Counted from the first letter of the stretch, positions 24,530 through 37,200 are shown. The stretch: DNA of 64,000 nt from Ginglymostoma cirratum (GCA_024137785.1 JAHRHZ010000223.1:15672967-15736966), one strand, 5' to 3'. Numbers and translations: made by a program. The notes: generated by a model from the sequence alone, not told the origin.

Positions 24530-24815
24530 GGGGCACACGCGTGCCTCCATTCCAGCGAGGTGGGTGGTCTCGGCACCTCTCTCTACCTCAGCCCCCTGAG
24601 CGCTGATAAATGCCTGGCCCCGGCTAACAGGGTCACTGATTGCGCAGCCTGTTTACAATAACTTCACCCAAACTTGGGTCTCTGCACAGCATAATACCCC
24701 TTTTATTAACGTTATTTGCACCTCCCATGCAATCTCGAATATAATCAACACGACTCGGCCGGTGCCGAATTTGATCTTAAACGGAAACTGCTTTTTAATG
24801 GGCGGTGGTGGGGGG
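24530..24815. promoter_or_regulatory. Candidate Hedgehog/GLI-responsive FOXF1 enhancer
   Basis: Exact GLI consensus TGGGTGGTC (24561..24569) flanked by CATTCC (TEAD-like, 24548), TGATAA (GATA, 24604) and TGTTTAC (Forkhead, 24650) in a unique, GC-raised block 3.7 kb upstream of the ATG. FOXF1 is an established Hedgehog-GLI target. Confidence 0.6.
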
Positions 24816-27719
24816 TAGAAATCAAACAGGCCCAAGAGGGTGGGATGGGAAATGTAAAACGCTGACTTCCCAAAAGAGTTGGTTTTATAACAGACGATGC
24901 TAAAAAATGCACATGTATAATTTTAGATTGTTAAAATTCAATAAGCGCAGTATTAACTTCAATATTGACTCTGTAGATCATCTTGTACCATGGGCATGAG
25001 AAAATATTGCACAGTCAGTTCATCCACATGCACTTAAATCAGATTTTGTTGAAACGAGTGATCTCAGACCGTGGGTTTTCACGAATAAGAAAAAACTTTT
25101 TTCTCCATAGATAAATTGTACAGCTTCTTTATTTATCGATTCTCCATTTTAAGTAGAAAGTTCTCTGCATAATATAAAAAACGAGAATCTATGAAATTAT
25201 TGTCTATTACAGTCGAAGTTGTAAAACATCATCGGGCGGCAGTCATCAATGGACGCAACTAAAACTGTACATTCCAGTGTGAACATTTCGTTCAATCAAA
25301 TAAAGCTGAAACCTTCTTTGGTACTTAGATAAATCACTGAACTTTTCTATACTTTGTGTTTAAATTATATATGATTAGAACAATATGCATGAGACTGGAA
25401 TTTAATTTAAAATTAATGTGCGCCAACAAATGCTACACGTTTTTCTCTTGCAGTTTGGATCTTTTCCTTACTTATTCGAAATAAACTTTTTGTAACAATT
25501 CTGTTGATGTTTAAAGAGCCTGTATGCGTGTGGACGAAGCGTGTGAATATCATAAAAGAACAGCAGTTCAACATATAGGTATAATATTATTACAAAAAGG
25601 CGTTGGCGTAAAGACTATCAAAATGAGGAAATTAAATAATAGAAGTATAATAGATCGAAAGACAACTTAACAACAGTCTGTTCAATAATCAACCTTAAGT
25701 ATTAACAAAAGAATCTCTAAACTGTTTAGAGAAACATGTCACTTGAATGCAGCGTGTATTTATAACTTTCCATTTGTCTTATCCACTGGAATACACAGAT
25801 CGGCTTTCGAACTCCTGTCGAGGTTTCATGAGGAATTCAACAAGTTTTATAGTTTTGCTTTTATCCTACTTGCCAATGTGTTTAAAAACAAATTCATCTC
25901 CAGTATCATACTCTAGTTGCATTGCACCAACGCTTCCTTGCAATATTGTTAGCTGTTGTGTTTCATTTTCTTTTGAGTTTTGCTTTCTTTTTGCTATCAA
26001 CCATACTATGTTTTTGCCAAAGCTAGGAAATACTATCACTTAAGTCGTTAAGTGCAGTATATTCCCGATTTCCATCGTTTAAAAACAAAAACGAATTAGC
26101 TCTTTGCAGCCAGATTACATTAGGGTTGTGATCTTGTAAACCACTTTAACATTGTGATGTGATTGTGTTCTTGCGAGAAACACAACAATTCAGACCCGTA
26201 GAAAATGCTCAATGTTGATGGGACAGCTGTGAATAGGGTCTATGCATTGACGAGGAATATAACATACATTTGTTGCAAATCTCTATTACAGGTCAATTGG
26301 CGGCTCCTTGACGGCCGCGCTACTTTGGAAAGTTATGTTTCGTGTAGTAAGTGATATTAAATCTCTTACTATACGGCAAAGCTTACTTTTCGCTGAAAAA
26401 AGAAAGCAGCTCGGTTACAGAATCTCTAAGGTGCAACACATTCAATTTGAAGTTATCTCTCGGGCGAAATTAGATGCAAATTCCCTTGAAAATCACACTT
26501 TTCTTCAAGATTTGATTTACAGAGGTGTAGTTCTCCCTAGGAATTTAGAGTTTAATTTTATCTGCATTAAATAACATTTCCCCAACATAATCCCAGCCTT
26601 ATTAGAAATCCGGCGTTATATAGATGAATTACCTTTTTTAACAATTTCGTGATCTTACCAAAGAGAGGTAGTGGGAAATCAGGGTTACAGGCGCCGTCTG
26701 GTCGTGTCGCGTACATGAGCTTTTGTAGTTCATCTTTTTGAACTATGGCAACCACCAGCGAGAGTGGCACTTTCTAAAACCAGAACGCCGAATGAAAGCA
26801 AGTCTTTCTCACTCTTGTATTCTAATCACGTAAAATCTTTCACACTGTGTAGAAGAACTGCGGAGATATTTGTGATGTCTCTTACCTTAGTTTTTTTAAG
26901 AAAAAGATGCGACACGTTATTGCAAACGATGCCAGGCGCCGAGGCTGCTCGTTCACGTCGCTGCTTTTTCCCTCTCTCTCTCTCTCGGAGTGTGTGTGGC
27001 AAAGTCTGTGCAGGGCCAGAAACTGGGCACAATTCAGCTTGCAATGACTTATTTATGTATACATATATAAAGAGAATATCTAAACAGTCAGGCGTGAGGC
27101 TACAAAAGAGCATTTTGTAAGTAACAGAAAAGAAACAGTATTAAATGGGATTTCACTGAAATTTCTTCAAAAGAGCAGATTGCAGATGTTTATATTGTTT
27201 TTGTATAAACATCCTGTACATGTTCCTGTCTATTAAACATCAGTTTTCAAACAAGGGACAGAATGTGTATCTGATCCACATTCTAAATACCAGAAAATCT
27301 AATCGTAATTTATTATCAACGATTTCTCAAAATTATATATAAACTGATTCATAAAGTACAATAAACACCCCGTCCTGTTATGAGATTTAATTTTACGTCT
27401 TAAAATTTTAAAAAATCTCATTAGACCAACAATTCTGCAACTTCATTTTTGCCATCTGAAATCAACGTTCCTCACGGGAATACTTTTGAAATGATTGATT
27501 CTTAAAAAATAATATATGTATTAAATAATTCTAAGTCAGTTTTGTGCTCTTTGTGGCTTAAAAAGTTGTTCATGGTTTAATATTTATATTTATTCATGTT
27601 TCCATTTAAATGAACTAACTGTATTTAATATCCGTGTGTGTGCGTGGAGATATATAACTCTATCTACAGAGATTCCCCCCACCGTCCCCAAACATTGTAG
27701 CTGGTTTTAACTACGTAGA

Positions 27720-28246
27720 GAAAGACAGACACCACATCAAATCGCTAATGAAGGCGGGTGTTGAAGAGCATTCACAGCCCACCAGTCCTGACCGAGGTGG
27801 GAGGGGGGTCTGGGCGGGGAGTTCCTTGTTCCTTACGTCTTGACAGTCGAGAGGTTCGAGACGCTGATGACAAGAGATAAGTAAACGCGATCTCTTTGGC
27901 GTGGCAGATCCCAGAACAACTGCGATGGAAAGCTGCTCCCTGTACAGGCGATCCAGGCAAAAAGTAACAGAGTTGAAGAAATAACTGCGCCGAGGCTCCC
28001 TCCCCAGCATTCGGCTGACTTTGTGTGTGTGTGTGTGCTTTTTTTTGGCGGTGGGTGGGGGAAAGATCCGGTCTTTTTTCCTTAAAAGAAATTCTAGAGC
28101 AACAACAACAAAGTTTTATTTAGCAACTTTACTTTTGGAAATATTGAAGAAACGGCGGAGTTGAATCAAAGGACTAAAGAAAAAAAGAGGTTCAGAGCCG
28201 GCGATTTTTTTCCGCGTTTTGAGTGCCCGGCGACATTAGTTCCTGA
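27720..28246 (+). promoter_or_regulatory. FOXF1 CpG-rich proximal promoter / 5' UTR
   Basis: CpG-rich stretch with GC box GGGCGGGG (27812..27819) and (GT)n at about 28023; no ATG in the last ~200 nt before the start codon. The exact TSS cannot be read from sequence. Confidence 0.55.
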
Positions 28247-29228
28247 ATGACGGCCGAGATTCAGCAGCCGCCGGCTCACAGCACGGCCCAGAGCAGCCCC
28301 ATGTCTGCATCTCCCGAGAAAGCCAACAATCAGACCTCTGTGATGGAATCAGCCATCTCCACCACCAAAACCAAGAAAACAAACGCTGGCATCCGACGCC
28401 CTGAGAAGCCGCCGTACTCCTACATAGCTCTAATTGTCATGGCCATTCAGAGCGCTCCTACCAAGCGGCTGACCCTCAGCGAGATCTACCAGTTCCTGCA
28501 GAGCCGCTTCCCTTTCTTCCGGGGCTCTTACCAAGGCTGGAAGAACTCGGTGCGTCACAACCTTTCCCTGAACGAGTGCTTCATCAAACTGCCCAAAGGC
28601 CTGGGCAGGCCTGGGAAAGGCCATTACTGGACCATTGACCCGGCCAGCGAGTTCATGTTTGAGGAAGGTTCCTTCAGACGCAGACCCAGGGGCTTTCGTC
28701 GGAAGTGCCAAGCGCTCAAGCCCATGTACAGCATGATGAACGGATTGGGCTTTAACCACATCCCAGAGACTTACAACTTCCAGGGCTCCAGAGCGCCCAT
28801 CTCCTGTGCTCCAAACGGGCTTTCGTTAGACAGTAGTATCAGCATGATGAATGGACATCTGCCCAACAACGTTGATGGGATGGCTTTACCAGGACACTCG
28901 GTCTCTCACCTGTCGACCAACAACGGGCACTATATGGGAAGTTGTACAGGCTCTTCCGTGGGAGATTACCCCAACCACGCCGACAGCTCAGTGTCCGCCT
29001 CTCCCTTGCTGACCGGCGGTGGGGTGATGGAACCTCACTCCATGTACACATCCACCGCTTCGGCGTGGGCACCCCCGGCTTCTGCACTCAACAACGGGGC
29101 TCCTTACATCAAACAACAGTCTCTATCACCATGCAACCCTTCGGCGAATCTAACTTCAAACCTGCAAGCACATTCCCTAGACCAGTCCTATTTACACCAA
29201 AATAGTCACAATGCGACCGATATACAAG
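28247..29228 (+). CDS. FOXF1: Forkhead box protein F1, coding exon 1 (contains the complete forkhead domain)
   Basis: [119 protein letters not shown] is FoxF-class, with F1-type residues ([15 protein letters not shown]). Donor CAAG|GTACAG at 29228/29229, phase 1. Confidence 0.96.
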
Positions 29229-31694
29229 GTACAGAGCTAGAGTATTACAGATAGCCATTAGCAAGAAAGATTTATGCTCTTAAATCGCGGGAGGTACTTT
29301 ACGTACAAACGACAGAGCAGCGGTGTATTGCCAAGTGATAAACTAACGTAGTAATCTAATTTTAATCTGATTTTTTAAGAATGTACGTAGAATGCAGCAC
29401 ACGCAGTAGTGTGGTTGAACTTACTTCTGCTCCATGCTATTGGGACGAGTCAATCCAGATGTGGAATTTCATAAACAATTATTTTTTTTCTCCTCCCCCC
29501 GTTTTATTGTTGTGTTGGAGCTGGTGGCAAGTCATTTTGGCTAAAATAAACAGCGCTACAGGAAGCAACAAAAACAGGGATCAGAAAAAGAAGCCACTTG
29601 GAGCTCAAGCGGTTTAATCAAAACAAGGGCTTAGATAAGATTTCAAGTAATTATTTGACGCAGCTTCGGTTCTAATGCAGTCGTTCCAAAGAAAGTGTTT
29701 TGCTTTTGGAGTGAGAGCAATTCTAAAACCAAGACTTGTTAATGTTGCTGCTTAAACTTAATTTGGTCACTGTTCTTTTTCTTAAAAAAAGAAAAACTAT
29801 TAAAGAGAAAAAGTAATGCTTTTCGTGCACTTTCTCTCTGTATAAAGTGTTAGGAGGCTATGCATCAGTAAGATTTAGAAGGAATTTGATAGAGACTGGA
29901 TTTAGAGTTGTTGTCTTGGAGAAGAGTTTCACAAGTGTCATTAAGTTAAGGAAGTAAGTCGTTTTCGCTTCCTCTGGGTGCACGTAATTGGTTACTAGGC
30001 TGCAATGCTAACAAACTAAAAAAGAATAAACCGGCCTTTGTTTTTCCGACAAATTCCAAAACGTGGTCAAAGAAAACATCTCGATGCCATCCCCGCAGGG
30101 ACAGTGCTTGCTGTGGTGCCAACACGACGGCAATAACAACATCAGAATGCAAAAGGGGCCGACTCCCTGCCGCAGAAACCGTCTACTGGGGATTCATAGC
30201 GTGCAGTTCAGCCCCCAGAGCAACTCGGCCAGGAGCCCGATTAACTGTGTGAATCTGCAGTGTGGGGGTGGAATAGTAACTCTCCAGTAGCCCAAATTCC
30301 CACTCTCAATTATTCTGAGAAAGATATTCCAGTTTCTGAGCATCTTCTCGGGGATATTTAATGTTTAAAAATCGACCCGATAGCAAATATTCTACGTTTA
30401 AAAAAACCTCAAATGCTTACTGTTTTAAACAGTTCCATATTAGGAGCAGCTTTTAAAGTCTAACCACAAACGGTTTGACCTGGTCGATCTTTCTGCCACT
30501 CTGACAGACATTGAGTTAACGCTTGTGTACCAGTAGTAACTGCAGATACGCTATGTCCCCACCGGACAAGGACAGATTCTCATTTTATGTGCAATCCAAC
30601 TTTAAACCCAGGTCTACTTTGTGAATAAAAACAACCACAAATTAATGGCGTAAAATAAATCCGCAAATCATATTTTCCCCTGTGGAAGCATTTCTTCTGT
30701 GATATACAAGTTGCTCATCTTGCAGTGGCTGGCAGTATAATAATATTAAATATGACACTTCAGCTTTCCGAACAGATTCAGTTTAACTGATATAACTGAT
30801 ATTGCACTATGAAAGTATATGGATCAAGAAAATTGGAGCAGGCGGCCAGTAGTAACTTGTAAATACAACGGAAATAATTCATCTATGTGACTTCTAATAT
30901 TTTGACCGTGATAAATTTCAAAATATTAGACCACGTGGGGGAATTTCATTTTCAGATGAAGTAAAGCAGTTCTGACGCGGTGTTTCATGTGGGCATGAAA
31001 ACTTGCAAAACTTGGGTTTTAGTTAAGAACGAATCGTAATGTCTCGACTTCCGCCTCACCGTCCAAATCACGGTGAGCATCTTTCATTGCGAGGCGAAAA
31101 AAAAAAATCAGGCCGGGGAAATTCAATTGACCGGGCGGCAGTTTTCCTTGAGCAGTCTTTGAAATTATCAGAAAGAAAGACAGAGAGATCTATCCTCTGA
31201 TCTAAACTGGACTTAATATAAAATATGAGCTGACTTGCTGGGACAACTAGGACGCAGTTTTGACATGCAAATGATCCCAGATACGTACTTTGTGCTTGGA
31301 TAAGTTAAATATTAGTGAATGAATAGTTTTAACAATGACAACTGATTTATTGCATCCAACATTGATTTAAGGAAAAAAAATGATACATTGTTAGGTGGTG
31401 ACTTATGGTAACATTTATTGGTCTCTGATAACCATATTATAATCAATCCTTTACGCGCATCCATTGTTTGAATTACAGATGTTCTATTAAAAGATGTGTC
31501 TTTCACAGTATCGGAAAGTATTGTAAACAATTGGGAACTTCCATTTTAATTTTATTCTTCACAGCCTGGCCTGAAAGCAAGATATTACTAGGCGGGCCTT
31601 TTTAATGCTTAGTGTTTAAATACATTCTCTTGAATGGCATTTCTTCATCTCGGTGTGTTTTTTTTTCTCTCCTCTTCCCATTTTCTTTTAATAG
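29229..31694 (+). other. FOXF1: FOXF1 intron 1 (2466 bp, GT-AG)
   Basis: GT at 29229; long polypyrimidine tract and TAATAG acceptor ending at 31694; splicing keeps the frame (G+GA = Gly). Confidence 0.92.
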
Positions 31695-31855
31695 GAATTC
31701 CACGATATCACTCGCAGTCTCCCAGCATGTGTGATAGGAAAGAATTCGTCTTCTCTTTCAACGCCATGACGTCCCCTTCAATGCATCCATCAACTAATGG
31801 ATCTTACTATCACCAGCAAGTGACTTACCAAGATATCAAACCGTGTGTAATGTGA
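31695..31855 (+). CDS. FOXF1: Forkhead box protein F1, coding exon 2 (C-terminal activation region); total CDS 1143 nt = 380 aa
   Basis: (G)[52 protein letters not shown] is the diagnostic FOXF1 C-terminus. Confidence 0.96.
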
Positions 31856-32530
31856 TCCTATCTAGAAAAATCAGTGGAATATGCTCTCCCCAACCCCACC
31901 ATCCCCGGTCTTGCACCTCGATAGTTCGCAGCAGCGGTGCGTTCTTGTCCATAGAAACATTGTTTTGGATCCTTATTTAATACATTAAGCGGATCCAGAA
32001 TTATTACTAGAGAGAGAAAAATACCATTTGTGAAGGCACTTTCAGCGAAGCTCAATCTAATAGTTCCTATTTATTCTAATTTTTAGCTACCCATCATAAA
32101 TAAAACACCGCATAGCCTCTAAAACTGATCAGTATTGTAAAATAAGTCAATGGTGCAGTGTGTTGGCAATATTTGCCGTTCCTGTAGTGTTTTTGTTTCA
32201 TATAATGTAAACCAAGCCTTAACATGCATTTTTTAAAAAAAATAAAGTCATTCTAACCTTTTTAAAAAATTGAATATGTATTGAAAAAATACATAATTTA
32301 GTGTCTCTTGGCATTGGGAAGATTTTCAAAAAAATCGATATTTTGACACCTGACTTTTAACATAATCTTATGCACTGTATACAAATGTAATTCGTGTGGA
32401 TTTATAGACGAGATGGTTTGTACCTTTTTGTAGATGGCCAAAATGAAATGCTCTTTTATTCTGTGTATGAAGTCTACATGATATTGTATAAATCAGTAAA
32501 AATAAAAAAAAAACACAACACGGCCTGCAT
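31856..32530 (+). terminator. FOXF1 3' UTR with candidate polyadenylation signals
   Basis: AU-rich region with AATAAA at 32099, 32241 and 32501; TGTA elements precede the 32501 signal. Which signal is used cannot be determined from sequence. Confidence 0.55.
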
Positions 32531-33834
32531 TTTAGGCCTGGAATGTGTAGTCTAGTTTATAGGCGGAGAGGTTTAATCGTGTAGACCCACCGCCGGTCGC
32601 TTTACTCCCGAGGTCCTGGACAACTGAAACTGCAATGTTTCAAAGTTGACATTTCAGACCTGGGGTGTAATTTATTTGAAAGCTTGTTCCTCTCGGATTA
32701 TCAGTGTTATTTAACTCTGTAATTGCAGTGCAAATAAACAGCGAGCCCCAAATGCAATTTTTTTGTTTAAAAAACCCAGACGTTAACGAGCAGAAAATTC
32801 CGAATTTAAAAACACATCCAGATTAAAGTTTTTTTAAAAGAACTATTTCAAATACAAGGAAATAAATTGACAGATCAAACTCTGGTCCAGACTTTCTGAA
32901 ATCCTGTGTTCATGCAAAATAGACACAAAATACCGCTGACAATCACATCACCATAAGGCGTGTCCCCGTGTTATTTTTGTGAATAGTGTGGTCAGTGGAA
33001 TGCAATTGTCGCATTATTAAGGAGGATATCACAGAATTATAACTACTAATAGCAAGTGCATACGAAGACGTTCACGTAGGTATAATTTATATGTTTTATT
33101 TTAAAGAGTGTTGTGCCATTTAAGAAGTATATTTTTCCCAAAGGATGTGGATGTCATTCTATTAAAGTTATTGTACTTATTATGCCCACTTCCGTTTCGA
33201 TGCGAGTTCTCTTCATTATTTCCTCCAACTTTCTGCACACTATTTCCTCTTGTTTCTTGACAGCGCTGATTTCACGTAGACATTCCATTGCAGGTTTTTT
33301 TTTGTTACGGAGCTTGATTTTTTTTAAAGTATTGATTATTTTTGTTTGAAAAACCATGGACAGTTTCACTGATGTAAATAGATCGTTAAATTCACACGTG
33401 AACTCATCGTTTGTTCTAAGTTGCTGAAATCACATTCCAATCTCTCTATATATACATCTACATTTATGTCCGTGCATTTGTGTATCTCGTGTGATCAGAC
33501 ATGTAATCTGTATATGTGGACATTAAAAATTCTAAAATGCCTTACAGCTGAGAGACATTCTTGGGGGAATGAAAAAAAAAAGCAACGTTCACAAACCTGG
33601 CCAGCAACACATTAAAAGTCAAATCAATAAAAGTTGATCAATCTCTCTGTTAACACACTTGGACGCTGGGAGAGAGCCGTGGAGGGTCGTGTGATAAAGG
33701 AACGGGAGACTTCTGGAGTGTCAGGGAGAATATATTTTCTTGTAGCGCCATCGCGCGGCCCCGTTTTCCTTTATTGGTTTTAAATAACCGAGGTCAGTAT
33801 CCCGTCCAAAATCATAGCGTCATGCAGGCAAAGA

Positions 33835-34210
33835 AATAACACTAAGACTTGCATTTAGATAGCGCTTGCCACGACTTCAACACGTCCCAGTCCACTTGCA
33901 TACACGCAGTGTCTTTAAAGTTATAACGAAACCTAATTTATTTCTTTAAAGGTAATCAAACAAACTGGAAAATAAAAGAGTGCATCAAAGAAGAAGGACA
34001 AATGATTTGATCAAAAAGATGGGTTTTGATGAGCCTGTTAATGGAAGAGGGGAGAGAGAAGAAAGGAGGAGAAGTGCAGGGATAGTGGTCCAGAGTTTAA
34101 CTGGCCGAAAGCACAGTCATCAGAGGTGGGGCAGGTTTAAAAACAAGCGATTCGATCGGCAAAATGGTAACATTGCACATGTACTCGACAGGAAAACTAC
34201 CTAGAATTAG
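33835..34210 (-). mobile_element. L2 LINE 3' remnant
   Basis: aagacttgcatttagatagcgc..cacgac..acgtccca is the reverse of the L2/DeuSINE tail, followed by tttgatcaaaaagatgggttttg. Confidence 0.55.
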
Positions 34211-37200
34211 AATGGTTCTGAATTCTTCTCTGCTGTTCAGAGTTCTGCCATTTTTAAAATGGGGTCTGTGATGATTTATGTGATTTGCAATGTATGGACT
34301 ACCCCAAAGTTTCACTAAAATTTAAGGAAGAATGTGGTTCCTGAGGCCCAAACTGGACTCCGATGCAGGAGAACTCCATAAGTTGGCTAATTTGCAATTT
34401 CTACCAACTCCTTTTGTTTGTATCACAGATCTTACAACAGGAAAAGGAATTGTTTGGCTCATCGTGCTGTCTCTTTGCACGTATTAGCCAATTACTCAGT
34501 CTCCCGAACTTTCTCCATAACCTTGCAGATGAATGGAACGATAACGGGGAGAGGCCCTTGCAGGCGTGGAAAATGCTTGTAGGTTAATGCATAAGTTTGC
34601 ACGATTTGTTCCAGTCTATCAACACTGCATCAAATCACTTTTTTTTTGCAAAATAATACTTTATTCATAAATTAAATATAAGGAAGTACAAAGGTCCAAA
34701 ACAGTTCCATACAGACTTTGCAGAAAATATAGTGGAATTTGACATTCTTCGTTAGAGCTTTGATTCAGTTGCGACAAACACTGCATCAATTCAATTGCCC
34801 TAACCATAGTAATTGGCTAGCGGGAGAGCAAGCGATACATATGAGCAGATACACCATTAGCCAAAGGTGCGTTTGGGAACACAGTTGTTTAAATTCTATA
34901 CAGCATTTTAACGTCCTTGCATTGCCTAGTTCAGTAACTCCTCCCAGACAATTTCCAGATGATGTAATGAATGCCAAAGTTTATACTGAAATATATACGA
35001 AAAGGATAGAAAACAGATACTGAAATTAGATTAATTTATAAGCATTGATTCCGAAATCCTGTAGTGATGGATTACTACCTACTTTAACTTATATTGAAAA
35101 TCTTAACCCAATTACAACTATAGTAGGAAGTAGATTTCTTACGGCTACAACATTTTTAACACATCTCACAGATACACACTCAGGGATTAAAATCTTACCT
35201 TTTCCACGAGGGTTGGTGCACTGAGTTGGTAGGCTGTTGACTCTGAAACAGAAGGTCCTGACTTTAAGTCTCAATTAAAGATTTCAATATATAATTTAAG
35301 CCAAAATTCCAGTATTCATGGAGTGCCACGTTGACAGAGCTATCTCCTGGATCACAGAGTATCTGTCTAGTTGAATATTGCCCACCATAACACAATATTT
35401 GAAACAGAGGAGAAGGCCCACAGATCTCCAAATCACTATTCTGCCTGCAACCAAAATCAGATTAGCTGGTTATTCTAATTCACATAATTACAAAATTGTT
35501 ACATACAGAAGGAGGCTATTCAGCCCATTGTGCCTAGACTGGTATTATGACCTGTTGCCAATCTCCTGCCTGTTCCCTATATTCCCACATACCATTTCTA
35601 TCCAAATAATCATCCAATGCCATTTTGATGCCTCATTTGAACCTGCCTCCACCATATCTCTGTGGCTGTTTGCACCTTGGCTGTCTTCATTTTCATTAAC
35701 AGGTGAAAGGTTTAAAAAAAGTTGTAAAGCAAAAGAAAAACAAACAAAGGAAGCTGAACATCTAAATATTTAAAATTGAAATACGCTGCGTGTTTACTGT
35801 TTTATAAAACAGTTAGGAGCTTGAAATGGTTAACTGACTTCATGAGATAAGCTCTGCCAATCAGGATAGGAAGGACGATTTCTGGGAGGTGTCAACCAGT
35901 CTTGTGTAGAATATCTTAACTTGAATATCAGTGATTGTTCTTAGATTGTTCTTAACAACATGTAGCTAAGGTAGTAATATGCATTTACTCTTAAGTTTAT
36001 CCTGATATATCACAAAAGCCAATCCTGCATATTAGATATAATGCAAAGTTGCTAAGAATAAACCTTTCTGTGTAATCAGCACTAAAATCATCTTCGTCCA
36101 AATACATCACGTGGGCATCCTTTCCCACTTCGTATCAGCAGTTCAACAAATACCAGTAAGAAAGATTGGTTGTAGAAAATTCACCCATAATGTGTTGGCG
36201 GTGCTGGAAACTAACATCATGAGATTTATTAATACTTGAGGAGAGAAAGAAAACATGTGAATGTTTCTGGTCTGTTATGGTCAAAGTTGAAGGGAATGGA
36301 ATTGGTGGGGCGTGGAGGGTGGATGGTGGGAGCACAGGGTGGCAAGCTGGTAGGAAAACAGAACTACAGACGTAATCAGATCAGCCATGAGATTATTGAA
36401 TGACCCAGCAGGCTCAAGGTATCAAGTGACCCACATCTTCTCTTGTTTCTTTTTTTTTTATATATGCAAGATGTTTGTCAGACGCTGAAGGACCTGTTAC
36501 ATATTCCCAGAATTGACAATTTTTATTTCAACAAAGATAATACTTCATGTCTGAATTTGTGCAATTTACCAAAAGTTCATCTATGGTAAGATACATCTTT
36601 CCTGGCCTAGACACTGTCAGATGTTGAATGTTGCAGAGGGAAAAGGATAGAAAAGTGAAGGTAAGGCCAAAAAAAAACACCTCAGTGAGTGGATGGAATG
36701 AATCTTTCAATGATAAATTTCAGTAGCCATGTTGGTAATCAGTAGTTATAAATTCAAATTTCAGAATCCAAAAGCGATATAACTAGCAGCCTCAAAGAAA
36801 ATTTCTAAACTTTCATGCAGTGGTAAAGACCTTTAACAGTTGCAAAGGCTCTTTCACTTGACTGCCATGCCAACAACTTTGTAAGCCAAGGAGTAAGCAA
36901 ATTCACTGAGCTGTGCTTAGCAGGAAATCTATTGACAATATTGGCTGAAAATCCTGTCGTAAATAAACATCGTTGCACTACTAAGGCCTATTCTGGTGTT
37001 GGTAAATCCCTATGTAGCAGTAAACTTCAAGTGATGGAACACATTGCTGTAAATTTTGCACCAAAATGCCAGAAATATGAGCATGGATCAAAGAGCTTGA
37101 ATGACAGGCTATAAACAATCTCTTGGCCTACCAGACTCATTTTATAAGCTTTTACATATTCAAGAGAAACATTAGCTTTAACTGGAATTTCTTTGTTACA

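Noticed and set aside
28430-29205. Overlapping and antisense ORFs within FOXF1 exon 1
   Set aside because: Expected shadow frames of a GC-rich coding exon; no recognisable protein.
29229-29254. Single-exon 335 aa FOXF1 ending GTELEYYR* as in the ORF track
   Set aside because: Read-through into the intron; the conserved C-terminus is in the exon at 31695 and splices in frame.
31634-31694. Hydrophobic N-terminus ([20 protein letters not shown]) looking like a signal peptide
   Set aside because: It is the translated polypyrimidine tract of the splice acceptor.
31841-31855. CaaX prenylation motif at the FOXF1 C-terminus (PCVM)
   Set aside because: Cys is third from the end, not fourth.
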